From Candidatus Bathyarchaeota archaeon (GTDB lineage: Archaea; Thermoproteota; Bathyarchaeia; Bathyarchaeales; Bathycorpusculaceae), in the NCBI GenBank assembly GCA_963768425.1, contig CAVYHV010000014.1, positions 160,001 through 224,000 of the forward strand: DNA of 64,000 bases, given 5' to 3'. Positions within the stretch are counted from its first letter, which is position 1. Each line of letters opens with the position of its first letter. Under the pieces are notes generated by a model. That model was given only the letters and a program-made list of their open reading frames with translations. It had not been told where the DNA came from and searched no databases. Shown piece after piece: positions 10,545-21,590 of this stretch. Both the position numbers and the translations under genes were made by a program.

Positions 10545-10670
10545 TTATTTTACTATGTTGAATTTACGCTCACATTCATCGCACATATATTCTTCGTAAA
10601 TAAAAAATTTGGTTACAACCTGTCTTTGAGGTTTTGAAATCTCATCATGGCAATTGGGACAATGGGCCAG
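10545..10670 (-). CDS. 41-aa C4 zinc-ribbon microprotein (CTG start, possibly a miscalled ATG)
   Basis: Manual translation xAHCPNCHDEISKPQ...YMCDECERKFNIVK; GAGGT SD-like motif upstream. Confidence 0.55.
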   Translation of the reverse strand: MAHCPNCHDEISKPQRQVVTKFFIYEEYMCDECERKFNIVK

Positions 10671-10858
10671 TTCGGGTTACCTCTTATTTTCTTGTACGAT
10701 GCTAAAAGTATTTAAAATTTGTTGCAACTCAATCTGTAAAAATTTTAACGAACAAGAAGTCTAAACCCAAAAAGAATGGGCGTTTAGTTCTACTCACTAA
10801 CTATTAATTCTAACATTCCTCAACGTCTCGCTTCATTTTTGCATGATTATATGCTGAA

Positions 10859-11140
10859 TTGTGTACTAATGACAATTTGAACCATACTTATACCGGCGCC
10901 TTCTTTGCCAACGACAATCAGTTAGGCTTAACTTTAAGCGGCGATATACATAAGAATCCAAGTGGAAAATTATTGAAGAAAAAAGACAGTGTAGAAGTGA
11001 ATGAAGCAGAAACTTTTGAGTCATACAATGAGAAGTTGAGAAAGAAGTACGGTGACAACTGGCTAGGGAAAGGCAAGTGTACAGGACTGGAGTTTAAACG
11101 ATGGCTAGCTCTACGTGATAACAAAACAGAAATTCCATGA
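10859..11140 (+). CDS. Hypothetical protein (possibly a fragment)
   Basis: 93-aa ORF, no recognisable motif. Confidence 0.35.
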   Translation: MCTNDNLNHTYTGAFFANDNQLGLTLSGDIHKNPSGKLLKKKDSVEVNEAETFESYNEKLRKKYGDNWLGKGKCTGLEFKRWLALRDNKTEIP

Positions 11141-11402
11141 CGCAGGCGCCAAGAATCAGGTTAAGTGCATTCATTAACTATAATTATCAGGGCAATTCCT
11201 AACATAACACTTAATTGGGATAGGGAATTAGGAGATAATTGGGCTTTTGCGTCAGAGTCTTAAGGCAGGAGTCGAGTATTGAGGAAACATACTTCGAGGG
11301 TAATACGTTGGACCAAAACAAACGCAGCCTAGAATTAAGAGAAACCGTGAAGGTTTCGCGTCATTTCTTCCTACTGGCTGTTCTGGCTTATAGCCTCGAT
11401 CC

Positions 11403-12498
11403 TTAGTTGAACCAGTCTGGGCATGTGGATTTGAAATCGTTGAACCAGAAATTGGCAAGATCCAGAAGCCTTTTAGCTTCATCACGCGCTGCAGTGTATC
11501 CTTGCAGGTTTTCCCAAAGTTGCGCTATGATGCCCGGGTTGTCTTCGGCTATGAGTGTTGTTGCCGCTTTCTTACAAATCTCCGCCAGTATTTCTAACTC
11601 TTCAGCTCCAATGAAAGCCATCATCACCTCTAATGGAATCTCCGCAGCAGCATCTTTGATTTTATCCTTCAGATATTCCTTCAAGTATTCTTTCGGTAGT
11701 TTCAGCATAGCATTTGCTAACAGTTGTCGAGTATGTTCTTCCATCGCCCGTGCAAAGTCAGCCTGCTTACGTGCATCTTCATACCTCGCCTTCAAATTAA
11801 CGCATTCTTTGAAGTGCGTTTTTGCCTCTTCTTGCTTTTCCGTCTCTGGCGATCTTAGAAGTTGTGGAGTTGAAGCATCACCAAGAACGACAGCGTCAGT
11901 TGGCGCAGGGTACGATGTGGCTTGAATCGGAACTGCTCCGGCTCCAGCAGGGAGAACTGCTACTAGAACAGCGATGGCTCCTATGATTACAGAGAAAATG
12001 GTTAATGGTTGCGAAAAATCGAAAGTTGAGATAGATTCAGAACCGCCTCCGCCTCCTCCTCCACTGGTAGAAGTGCTTGATCCTGAGCTTGATCCACCAC
12101 CGATGACTACCGGTTGAGACACGGAGCCTGAAAAAGTTCCAGAGCCTGTTGGCATATGTGCTACTGGCGCATACTCACTTGCAGATTGGTAAGCGTGGTA
12201 GAAGTCATGCGTGAATGCACCGTTGAAACTGTAAGAATCTGATGCTCCATCGCCGTAGCCGATCGTAACGGGATCTACATTGTACAAGTCGACCCAAACT
12301 CTGAAATCTATAGTGGCGCCAACTGGAATTGATCCTCCAGCATATTCATACATGACTCCACCATAGGTGTAGCTTTCAACTGTGATTGATGGAAATCCGC
12401 TACTGTCTTGCTGTGCCCTTACAGGAACTGAGCTGAGAAGAAAAGGCCATTAGACCCGCAAATAAACCAATAGCAACAATTATTGAAACCCGACTCAT
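11403..12498 (-). CDS. Membrane protein with exported PKD-like domain, Gly/Ser linker, TM helix and helical C-terminus (probable 5' frameshift)
   Basis: YGDG...HAYQSASEY PKD-like pattern; GGGSSSGSSTSTSGGGGGGG linker; likely start at ~12498 in another frame. Confidence 0.6.
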
Positions 12499-12509
12499 TT
12501 TCCCCATAT

Positions 12510-13406
12510 TTATCTCATCCTCCCCTTTTTAGCAACTGACCAATTGCTCCTCATGCCCGATCCTGGAATTGACATCGTTCCGCGAACAGCTTTATCGAAA
12601 CTCGTTTGATTGATACCAAGAAACATGATGGATTGCAGAAATCCGCTAGGGTGAACATCTCCAATTGCATAAACAAGTTTGTTCAAACTGCCAGACTGGA
12701 TTAGGTTAGTGTGGTTGGAAGGCATTATGAACTGGGTTCCTCCAAAATCGATGATTTTAGACCGTAGGGGTTTGAACCTAGCAACTTCTGGGGAGACCTG
12801 AGGATTCATGTTTGGCACTCCGTTCATTTCCATCACCTTTTCTCTGGCAAGTATTCGGTTTGTGGAGCGCCTCAAGGATCGTGATACTCCGCTAAAGGCG
12901 ATGGCGAAGATGCTGAGCATCAATACGTAAATCGCAAATGTCGTGGGGTCTAGTGAGGTGCTCTTGGCTTCAAAAAGACCGACCATTACGGCTGATAAAC
13001 CTAAAATGCCACCGAATATTCGAGTGATCCCCGCAGGAGCGCTGTAGACTCTCTGAATCGCCTTTTTCTGGCTCAAGGTAATGTTGACTTCGTGTGGATT
13101 TCGCTCTGCCGAGGCGGGTGGCATATTGCCGAGGTTAAGAGGCTTGGAGGACTGAAAGGGTGGAGGCACTGGTTCAACAGTTGCCCCTTTGGTTGGAAGC
13201 TGGCGACCGCAATCGCCACAGAAACTGTAGCCCTCAGGTGCTTGTGCTCCGCAGAAAGGACAGAAACGTGATTTAGGAGAACTGTAAGCGGGTTGTGCAG
13301 GTTTTGTTTGTTGGGCGTTTTGAATCAAGGCTGTTCCGCAATCTGGGCAAAATTGAGGGTTTCCTTGAAGTTGTTTTCCGCATGCAAAACAAAAACCTTT
13401 AGGCAT
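12510..13406 (-). CDS. Double zinc-ribbon membrane protein
   Basis: CFACG..FCPDCG and FCPFCG..FCGDCG; two TM helices. Confidence 0.75.
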   Translation of the reverse strand: MPKGFCFACGKQLQGNPQFCPDCGTALIQNAQQTKPAQPAYSSPKSRFCPFCGAQAPEGYSFCGDCGRQLPTKGATVEPVPPPFQSSKPLNLGNMPPASAERNPHEVNITLSQKKAIQRVYSAPAGITRIFGGILGLSAVMVGLFEAKSTSLDPTTFAIYVLMLSIFAIAFSGVSRSLRRSTNRILAREKVMEMNGVPNMNPQVSPEVARFKPLRSKIIDFGGTQFIMPSNHTNLIQSGSLNKLVYAIGDVHPSGFLQSIMFLGINQTSFDKAVRGTMSIPGSGMRSNWSVAKKGRMR

Positions 13407-14090
13407 TGTTGTTCACCGTTCAGGTTATTTTGTTCGCGGGTTTTCTATTTACTACTTATGATTTAAGGCTCATGATTCTGAGTTTTGTTACACAATCAAT
13501 AAATGTTCATAATCTTAAAATCAAGTTTCACACGCACTATGTACTTATAAAGAGATTTCTTAATAAGTGATGTAAATGCCTGATAATTATATTTGAATCC
13601 CTCTCTCCTCCAACGACGACGATAACCTGGCCGCCTGAAACGAGCGTAACGTTTTTTCCCAGACTCATAACCTTACAGTTTAGCGCCAATGCCTCGTCCA
13701 AATGTGTGTGAGATTGAATTTTAATCCTCTCTCCACTACCTTCCTTCTTACATGCACGTAATAATGATGGGGAGAGAGAGACAGGGGGAGGGGGGCACGA
13801 GACACAAACGATCTTTTCCAGCAGTTTGCTTGCAGCAGGTGAAGTATAGCATGCTAAAAATATTCTAAAAAAGAGGACGCGTTAACTAAAAAAATTACTA
13901 ATGGTTTAAGTGAACATGCTTTCTCAGTCTGTTCTCCACTTCAAGCAGACGGAGCAAGCATATACTGTAGTAGGAAGAAAGTAAAGCCAATGGAAAAATT
14001 AATTCAAGACATAAGCAGGGAAACTAGGAATCGTCTAGAATTGCCTAGCCTATTCTATTGCGTCTGCATCTAAATCGGCAAAAGCCGCGT

Positions 14091-14718
14091 TTAGTACGCA
14101 TAAACTATGTTAACGCTTGCGGTTGCTGCATTCGATACTGTGTTACCAATGAAAATATTTACAGTCACTGGATCGTTTGGAGAACCAAGCACTGGGAAGC
14201 CCACATTATATCCATATCCATTCACCCCAAAAGTTACTGTCTGATTATAGTGGACAAAACTCTCATAAGTCCAGCTTGTCTTTGCGTACCAGTCAGCATT
14301 GTCACTGCCAGAAGTATATAACGTCAAAGAAATATAGCCAGAAAAGTTGATGTAATATGAATAGGAACTGCCGCTTGGATTGACATCTCCTTGAGAAACC
14401 AAATTTGTTGTGTTATCAAAATTTTCCAAGGTTGAAAGTTCAGTCTCAGCTTGCTGTAGTTGACTAACAACTGATGAACTACTCGCAGAGGAAAATAGAT
14501 TTTCGTCAGCTAAAAACTGACTTTTTAAGCCCTCAAATTCTTGGTTAGTATGCGAGTGGGCATCGACATATGCTGAGGTGGAAGACTTGAAGATTATTGT
14601 ATGAGGCATTTGAACTACTCCAATAAGCAACAGCTACTGTAAGGGCTATCAACAAAATTACGCATGATATTGCCAATACTATGGTGGTTGTATTGATTTT
14701 TTCAATAGTATTTTTCAT
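14091..14718 (-). CDS. Hypothetical exported protein (probable frameshift in N-terminal anchor)
   Basis: ORF 14091-14630 rich in S/T/N/Y; hydrophobic segment from an ATG at ~14718. Confidence 0.45.
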
Positions 14719-15244
14719 TCTTGATTACCGCTTGTCTATTTGACTTCTTTAATGATATAAATTCTTACTTCCATCATCTCTAATGCAAAAGACAGTCGTA
14801 TCAGCAGCTGTCTTATGGTTTGCAGCACTAGGCTGCTTCATAAGAGCCTAGGCGACGGATTGCACGAGCGGGGGAAGCGAAGCAAGCTAGGAAAAAGTTC
14901 AACTAAAGCCAGGCGGCATTAGCTGGCTTTTTCATTAGATAGCTAGCTCTGCTAGTGAGGATAAAGCATAGTTAGTCCCTGTAGAATAAAAAATAAACGA
15001 GAACGATCTTGTCAACCGAAATTCTCTGTTGTGTTCTTGATACATAACGATTTACGAAATATAGCTTATATTCCTTTTTCGGGGCTGTACTTGTAACCGT
15101 AATCGTGGAGAATCTGGATGAGAGACGAGGGTTCATCTGATGATCGTATGGACTCGGTGACCTTAATTATCATCTAGAAAGGAATTAAAAAAGTGGAATA
15201 GCGAAAAAAAGGAAACCAATTAGTAAGATTTCAAGGAGAGCCTG

Positions 15245-16473
15245 ATGAAAATGCAAATGGAATTGGAAAAAGCTGATGTTAAAAGTTTTTATGTGTACGC
15301 TAAGAAGTCCTGTCCTAGACGCAGTTTAGAGGCTACAGCTTTAGTCAAATATCTTGTCGCGAACGGTTTGCTGACCGCCAGTAAGCCTAAGGAAGCAGAT
15401 TTAATTTTCATATATACATGTGGAGGCTTCAGTAAAAATGAGGCTTCTTCTCTGTTCACTATCAAGAAAGCGGTGGACATGCATGGAAGTCAAGTCATTG
15501 TCACAGGGTGCCTACCAAAGATTATCCCGGACAAACTCAAAGTTTTTCCCAACATTACCATTATTTCCCCAGACGAAATGGCAAAACTCGATTCATTAAT
15601 AAACGCAAAAATTCCATACTCCACTTTCTCTGATTTCAACCGTTAGTGGTATACATGATCTTATATAATGATAAGAGATTAACTCGTCTTAAACAAAACA
15701 TTATAACAAACGGTAAACTAAAAACAGGTAGCACTTACGTCAAAAAAAATCTTTTGCACAAATCAAGTACAGTTTTTATGGACCAAAGCTTTTATAGACT
15801 TGAAATTGCAAAAGGCTGCCTTGGCAATTGTAGCTATTGTGCAATAAAGTTGGCGATGCCTAAATTCCACAGCTATCCACCAAGCGAAATTATCGAAAAT
15901 TTTAGAAATGGATTAAACGCCGGTTACAAGAATTTTGCACTTATAGCTGGAGACATTGGCTGCTATGGCGTTGACATTGATACCAATTTACCCAAGCTTT
16001 TAGAAGAATTGTTCAAAGTAAAAGGCGACTATAAAGTAGCATTGGTTGATTTTAATGTTCGCTGGCTTGCAAAAAATTATTTGGAATTCTTAGAAGTTCT
16101 AAAATCTAATTCGGAAAAGATACTCAAAGTTATCATGCCCATTCAATCAGGCAGTGACAAGATTTTGAAACTAATGAATCGTCACTATGAGATCGATAAT
16201 GTTAAACGATGCATTCTAGATCTGAAAAAAAATATCCCAGAAATATTTATCGAAACTCACATAATGGTTGGATTTCCGGGAGAAACTGAAGATGATTTTT
16301 CCAGGTCTATTCAACTAGTTAAGGAAATACAATTCAGCAGGGTCCACGTCTACACTTATGAAGAAAGACCGGGTACTTTGGCACTGAGCTTATCAGAAAA
16401 AGTTCCGAGAGAGCAAATTGACAGACGGGTAAAAATACTGCAAAGAGAAACTAAAACTCGAGATGGAAACTAA
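15245..16473 (+). CDS. MiaB/RimO-like radical SAM methylthiotransferase-family protein without TRAM domain (split near 15646)
   Basis: UPF0004 cysteines SCPRR, YTCGG, VTGCLP; GCLGNCSYC; IQSGSDKILKLMNRHY; MVGFPGETEDDF. Confidence 0.85.
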
Positions 16474-16744
16474 ATGCGACCCGCACGAGTAGCGCGTGTG
16501 TGTTTGAGTTGGGGATTAAAATTTTATTCAATCAAATGGCAAAAGCGCGCTAACTGTTAATTTACTTAAATTTCTTTAGCACTTAAACACATATACTTAT
16601 AAGTGTGTATGGACATAGTATGTTATGTGAATAAGTGAATCACAGCAAAAATGCAAAAAATAAACGCGAAATTTGGAAATTGGCGATTCACTTATTTTAA
16701 AAATGTAGTGACACGCAAATCTGCAATAAAAGCAAGTGAATAAA

Positions 16745-16888
16745 ATGGGCCGCATTAATGTTGACATTTCAGACGAACTCGAAAAACAACTAAGACTAAA
16801 AACAGTAGAAAGGTTCGGAGGCAAAAAAGGCGACTTATCCCGAGCTGTTCAAGAAGCAGTAAAAACATGGCTCGACAAAAAGCAATAA
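16745..16888 (+). CDS. 47-aa ribbon-helix-helix (CopG-like) protein
   Basis: Manual translation MGRINVDISDELEKQLRLKTVERFGGKKGDLSRAVQEAVKTWLDKKQ. Confidence 0.8.
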   Translation: MGRINVDISDELEKQLRLKTVERFGGKKGDLSRAVQEAVKTWLDKKQ

Positions 16889-16952
16889 AGAATGAAGTCG
16901 CCCCTCCTCAATTACGATAACTACATTGTAAGAATGCCTAACAAAAAGGCAC

Positions 16953-17019
16953 GGGGAAAGCCAGTTAGCCTCTAACACCTTCCGGAAGGTGTCATACGAG
17001 CAATCTAGCTGGAAACCCC
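16953..17019. repeat. Extended stem-loop with a perfect 18-bp palindrome core
   Basis: ACACCTTCCGGAAGGTGT (16975-16992) flanked by CCAGTTAG/CTAGCTGG and GGGG/CCCC. Confidence 0.75.
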
Positions 17020-17053
17020 TCCAGCATCACATTAAGTTACATTTATCTGGTTG

Positions 17054-17212
17054 ATGAAAATGGTTAATAAAAATTTGGAACTTGTGTTCATCGATAAGCA
17101 AGGAAAATGGTACCCGCTAGACGAAGTCAAACATGAAGATTTAGCGACTGGTCTAGAAAAAATTTCTAAAGAAGTCGCCAAACGACTGCAATTAGTAAAA
17201 GAACAAAGATAG
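17054..17212 (+). CDS. 52-aa hypothetical protein
   Basis: Manual translation MKMVNKNLELVFIDKQGKWYPLDEVKHEDLATGLEKISKEVAKRLQLVKEQR. Confidence 0.55.
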   Translation: MKMVNKNLELVFIDKQGKWYPLDEVKHEDLATGLEKISKEVAKRLQLVKEQR

Positions 17213-17326
17213 AAAAATTTCAGGTACTTGTTCACCAATTAACCAATAAAAGTAAATGGAAATCGGTTCAAAAATAACTCTGCCAACATTTCCCTAATCC
17301 TAATTTTCTAATAATAAAGAATCGAG

Positions 17327-17917
17327 GTGAAAAAAATGACTGAAGAACAAAAAAAGGCGCCGGTCAAGGCGATACCAAAATCTGAAACAACAGTAAAGCC
17401 CATAAAACATGTTCTCGCTAAACCTGTTCCTGCCAAAGTTCCTGCTAAGCGCATTCCTGCCAAACAAGTTCCCGCAGTACATGTCCTGACTACATTCGAC
17501 GATCTGATTGACAATTTTCGCAAAAACTTCATAGAAAGCATAGCTTTCCCATTTGATTGGATAAGTGTTGAACCTGTCGTTCCAGTTCGTGAAGCAACTG
17601 TAGATCTGGTCGATGAAGGAAACAAATTTGTGGTGCTCGCTGAGATGCCTGGCGTAACAAAAGACAATATTGACGTAGCATTGACGAAAGATGGCATAGA
17701 AATATCGGCTGAAACAGATGTTGAAACGAAAGATACGGAAAAGAACTTTGTAGTCAGAGAACGCGTTTACTCGCACATTTACAAACAACTAGCGTTCCCC
17801 GAAGAAGTAATCCCTGAGAAAGCTGAATCCACATTTAGGAACGGATTACTTGAAGTCTCCATCCCAAAAAAGACGATTGCACCCGCACCCAAAAAACACA
17901 AAGTAACAGTGAAATAG
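17327..17917 (+). CDS. Small heat shock protein Hsp20
   Basis: VLAEMPGVTKDNIDV, RERVYS, STFRNGLLEVSIPK; PAK-repeat N-terminus; GAGGTGA SD. Confidence 0.93.
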   Translation: MKKMTEEQKKAPVKAIPKSETTVKPIKHVLAKPVPAKVPAKRIPAKQVPAVHVLTTFDDLIDNFRKNFIESIAFPFDWISVEPVVPVREATVDLVDEGNKFVVLAEMPGVTKDNIDVALTKDGIEISAETDVETKDTEKNFVVRERVYSHIYKQLAFPEEVIPEKAESTFRNGLLEVSIPKKTIAPAPKKHKVTVK

Positions 17918-18072
17918 CCAATAACGTAGTAGCATTTTCATGCTCCTCACTATTTCCCGCAATATTTTTAAAAAACTCTCCTTATTCAAAGGTTTTTCTG
18001 TTTGAGAATTGGAAAGTGTCGAGTGGAGTTAACCTTTGAGAGAAATTCTTGGAGCGAACAGGGTATAAACGG

Positions 18073-18306
18073 TTATTGGTAGGTTTTATGCCTGTCCGTT
18101 GTCTCTTTGCTTATCTTGTTTTTTCCTAAACCGCCGTTGTGTGCGCTCAACACGAATTGAAGAGTGTTTTCTTTGAAAAATTCTCTAAATTGATTTCCAC
18201 ATTTAGTGCACTTGTACATCTTAACTCGGAATCGCCCAAAGTTCCATTCCTTTTCAGGGCCTTGCGTGTGCGCTGTACAATTAAGACATTTTGGCATAAA
18301 CGTCAA
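18073..18306 (-). CDS. Small C4 zinc-ribbon protein
   Basis: CLNC...YKCTKCG. Confidence 0.6.
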   Translation of the reverse strand: MTFMPKCLNCTAHTQGPEKEWNFGRFRVKMYKCTKCGNQFREFFKENTLQFVLSAHNGGLGKNKISKETTDRHKTYQ

Positions 18307-18429
18307 CCTATCAAGCTAAAGAGCAAAATGGCTATATATTACACGTTAAGGCGCTAGTGCCAAAGGCTCATTTGCTTTTCCAGCGCGAATAGTGAATCAA
18401 ACTTGAAGAGGTTGTAGCCAAAAGCCGTC

Positions 18430-18618
18430 TTATCCTCTGTTAGGCGCCATTTTGAATTGGCGCCTTTGTTTTTTTCCACGAGGGGTGCGTGACCCCTTTG
18501 GCAATTCATTTTGCTTCTCACTTACTTTTTTGTTCTTCTTACCGCTGTATCGTTTCACTTCTTTTTCGTGAGATGGTGGTTGCTTTATTTCTTTATCAAC
18601 ACTTTCTTTTTCACTCAT
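18430..18618 (-). CDS. Small basic hypothetical protein
   Basis: 62-aa K/R-rich ORF with AGGTGA SD, directly downstream of 18634-18945. Confidence 0.6.
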   Translation of the reverse strand: MSEKESVDKEIKQPPSHEKEVKRYSGKKNKKVSEKQNELPKGSRTPRGKKQRRQFKMAPNRG

Positions 18619-18633
18619 ATTCTTTCACCTAAA

Positions 18634-18945
18634 CTATTTGGGTTTTAATTCTCTATCTTCACTATAGTCTCTGTCTTCATGGACTTCCTCTTCAGCTTCA
18701 TCTTCGCTTTCTTCTTCAGCCTCTCTTGCTTCTTCTCCTTTCGCCATTGCTTCATCTTCTGATTCGCCTCTTGGTGGATAAGCCTTATCCAACCAAACTT
18801 CAAACTGCGTTTTGCTTTCAGAGCTGGAAAAAGCCCATTTACACAATTCACTGATAACCTTGCTAACATCAATTTCGTGGTCGTCAGCCAAACGATTCAA
18901 AAACTCTTCCCAATTCGAAGGTAAAGACACAGAAAAACTACCCAT
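18634..18945 (-). CDS. Hypothetical protein, RHH-like N-terminus and acidic tail
   Basis: SFSVSLPSNWEEFLNRLA...VSKVISEL followed by E-rich C-terminus. Confidence 0.6.
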   Translation of the reverse strand: MGSFSVSLPSNWEEFLNRLADDHEIDVSKVISELCKWAFSSSESKTQFEVWLDKAYPPRGESEDEAMAKGEEAREAEEESEDEAEEEVHEDRDYSEDRELKPK

Positions 18946-19115
18946 CTAAAAACAAACTCCACTATTTTGTTAGCACTAAGTTATATTTAAGCTTCAAATA
19001 TCGCTTTGGAATTATACTTAGCTGCCTAATCAGTCGATGCCCAAAGCCAAACCCGACATTAAGCGCGTGATGAGTTAAAGATAAAAGCGACAGATGTTTT
19101 GGAGTTACTATCGGG

Positions 19116-19388
19116 ATGAGTCAGTTGACAAACGTTCAAGCAAGTAAATGGGAACCAGACGCTAGAACAGAACCAGAGCCTAGAAGAGAACCGTTGCCTA
19201 GAACAGAACCAGAGCCCAGAACCGAAACCGCGCCCAGGACAGAAACAGCTCCGAGAACGGAACCAATGAACAATAAGATACAAACAATCAAGTGCCCATC
19301 TTGCGGTTATCTTTTAGTATATTCTAAAGGAACTGAGAAACAAAGCATCAGATGCACAAAATGCGGACACATCGTCCAAGTAGAGTAG
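19116..19388 (+). CDS. Repeat-containing zinc-finger protein
   Basis: About six PRTE-type hexapeptide repeats, then CPSCG...CTKCG. Confidence 0.65.
   Translation: MSQLTNVQASKWEPDARTEPEPRREPLPRTEPEPRTETAPRTETAPRTEPMNNKIQTIKCPSCGYLLVYSKGTEKQSIRCTKCGHIVQVE
19152..19265 (+). repeat. Degenerate 18-bp coding tandem repeat
   Basis: Units resembling cctagaacagaaccagag encode ARTEPE/PRREPL/PRTEPE/PRTETA/PRTETA/PRTEP. Confidence 0.8.
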
Positions 19389-19627
19389 GATCCATTCAGT
19401 TTTGAGTTTGGGCGCGGGTTTTTTCACGAAATCACCTATATGGGTTGCTTTCATAACACACGTTTTAATTGTAGCACAAAAAAGATGATTATTTTGGTTT
19501 TTCTGAACATGACTTTGCAGTAACGCCGCACAAACCAATGAATGCATCAAAGGCGCGCATTTGCAACAGATCAGGATTTTTCAACAATGACTTTAATCAT
19601 TTCTTCTGAAGCTGCAATACCGTTAAC

Positions 19628-20530
19628 TCATCGAATTCGTAGATCCTTTTTTCTTTCTATTAAGTCTGTAATTTCGTCAAATTCGCTAGTGTAGTCTTTG
19701 TGTTCTTTAACCAATCTTTTGAGTCTGTTTTGGTTAAAGTAGCCTTCATAAAATCCGAAGAACATGATCGCAAAGAACCCATACACAAGATAGTTGCCAA
19801 AAGCTGCAACGCCTTGCGAAACAACTAAGAGTAAAATTGGAAAAAGTACACCGAGAGAACCAATATAAGCCGACATTGATCAAATTAGAGCACCCATAAC
19901 ATCAATCTTGTTATCATTTATGCTCTTGGCGAGACCTGCTTTTCGTTCCCAAAGAGTTGATGTATCACTGAAGTCAACTGCACTAAACAGACTATCAAAA
20001 GCTCCAATCGAAATATTGTTTGTTCGACTTTTGAATGCGCTGTTCATTTTTAGATGATAGAACTCTCGATGCTCCTGATATTCACGCTTTATAATTGTAG
20101 CATCAATATACGGTGTCCTTCTAACCATGCGGAAAGCATACTTAACGTTTTCAACAAACTTTTTACCGACCAGTTCTTGTTCAGCTTTTCTTGCAGCACG
20201 TGCCTCATTAAGTATATCTTGTTTTTCTTCTTCCTTCAAAATTTGTTTTTCTTTAGTTGTCATAATTTTGTGCGAAAATCGATGATTGTTAGAACATTTG
20301 TAAATTATAGTAGAAACCGGAGGAGGTACATATAATTCTGCGACTTTTTCTGCGCAATATGGGCAAATATATCCAGAATCGTGCCAATCTGGGTCTTCAT
20401 CTATCTCCTTGTTATTATCTTTCTCCCACTGTTTTATCCAATGCCTTGTTTGTCCCCAGCCACCGCTCAAACTTGGATACAGAACTTTCGAATCTTTTAT
20501 CGCTTGCATGATATCTGCTTCTGTTCGCAC
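19628..20530 (-). CDS. Hypothetical AT-rich zinc-finger/membrane protein (split near 19878)
   Basis: CPYC...CSNNH in 19880-20530; TM helices in 19628-19876. Confidence 0.5.
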
Positions 20531-20719
20531 TTGATTTTTTTCAACTTTTCTATTGTGAGTTCTTCTGGTTTTTCTTCATTCTGTATTGTTTGTTTTCTCT
20601 TCTTTCGTCGCAGACTGTTTTGTTTTGCTCATTTTCTTTTCCTCTACATTTAAATAATATCGTTAAGGAATAGACTTTTTTCTTTTTGGTTATTTGAAAA
20701 AACTAAATTTCCTCTGATC

Positions 20720-20818
20720 TTAACTGCAGCTTGATTCCTCAACCAACAAATTAACACTACGAATTGAGTTCAACCACAAGTTATTCGGATTGCCTTTAAA
20801 ACTAAAAACTGTCCCCAT
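20720..20818 (-). CDS. Possible leaderless 32-aa peptide behind dyad copy 1
   Basis: MGTVFSFKGNPNNLWLNSIRSVNLLVEESSCS; ATG 22 nt from the motif/TATA. Confidence 0.3.
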   Translation of the reverse strand: MGTVFSFKGNPNNLWLNSIRSVNLLVEESSCS

Positions 20819-20839
20819 ACGATCTAATGTTTAAAAAAT

Positions 20840-20876
20840 CTATTTAAACGTCTGTGACTGTTAAGTACCATCCACA
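20840..20876 (-). promoter_or_regulatory. Dyad + TATA promoter element, copy 1
   Basis: TGTGGATGG TACTTA ACAGTCACA GA CGTTTAAATAG. Confidence 0.8.
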
Positions 20877-21047
20877 ATAAGGGTTAGCTCTTATTTTGTT
20901 TCTTTCTTTGCTACAATTTGTTTCTTATACGATTCGCGCAAACAAGAATAACAAGACATTAAGTCTGACCCTCCTTCACCTGAATTACCAAAAAATAGAT
21001 AATGAAAAAATTGAAGTAGGATCAAATTCATTTATAGGCATCGTATA

Positions 21048-21363
21048 TTACGTTTTCTTAATCATCACTGCAATAAGTCCAATTAGTCCTCCGAGAACAA
21101 CAAGCATTCCGCCAAGTCCACCGCCAATGATTCCAACGATTATGAGTACGATTGCCCAAACGATGATGTGTTACGCTTTTTGAGCCAATGATCGCGATGA
21201 TACCACAAATGATAGAAACAATTCCGAAGTAAGCGAAGCCAAACGATATAAATGATCCAAAGTAACTGAAATCATAACCAATGAGCGAAAGCAATCCGAA
21301 AATTACCAGCAGTATTCCGCCAATGAACGCTAAGTAGTAGGCTATTCGAGAAATTTCTGACAT
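21048..21363 (-). CDS. Small Gly-rich multi-TM membrane protein (frameshift near 21170)
   Basis: MSEISRIAYYLAFIGGILLVIFG...; continues WAIVLIIVGIIGGGLGG in another frame; GAGGTGA SD. Confidence 0.7.
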
Positions 21364-21590
21364 ATTCAAATTCACCTCCCTCAATCACTAAGTAAGGGCT
21401 TAAGATTCAGTTTAGGGCAGGCATATCCTGAATTTTAGACGCAAAGCACTTTTCACTTGCTTTGGCTTGAGACGAATTTTGCATAGTCTGACGCCTTATT
21501 GATCATTTTTCCGAAGGAGATATTTTAGGAGCAGAATCTGTGTTGCTTGCAGAATCTTTGTTTGTTGTTTGGTTAACGTTTTTTTTGGCG

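Noticed and set aside
13595-13800. Pyrimidine/purine tracts (ctctctcc ... ggagagag, G-runs)
   Set aside because: Low-complexity complementarity with no recognisable RNA, origin or IS end
14820-14960. Short hairpins (aaagccag...ctggcttt; gcgaagc)
   Set aside because: Could be terminator or mobile-element debris; too short to call
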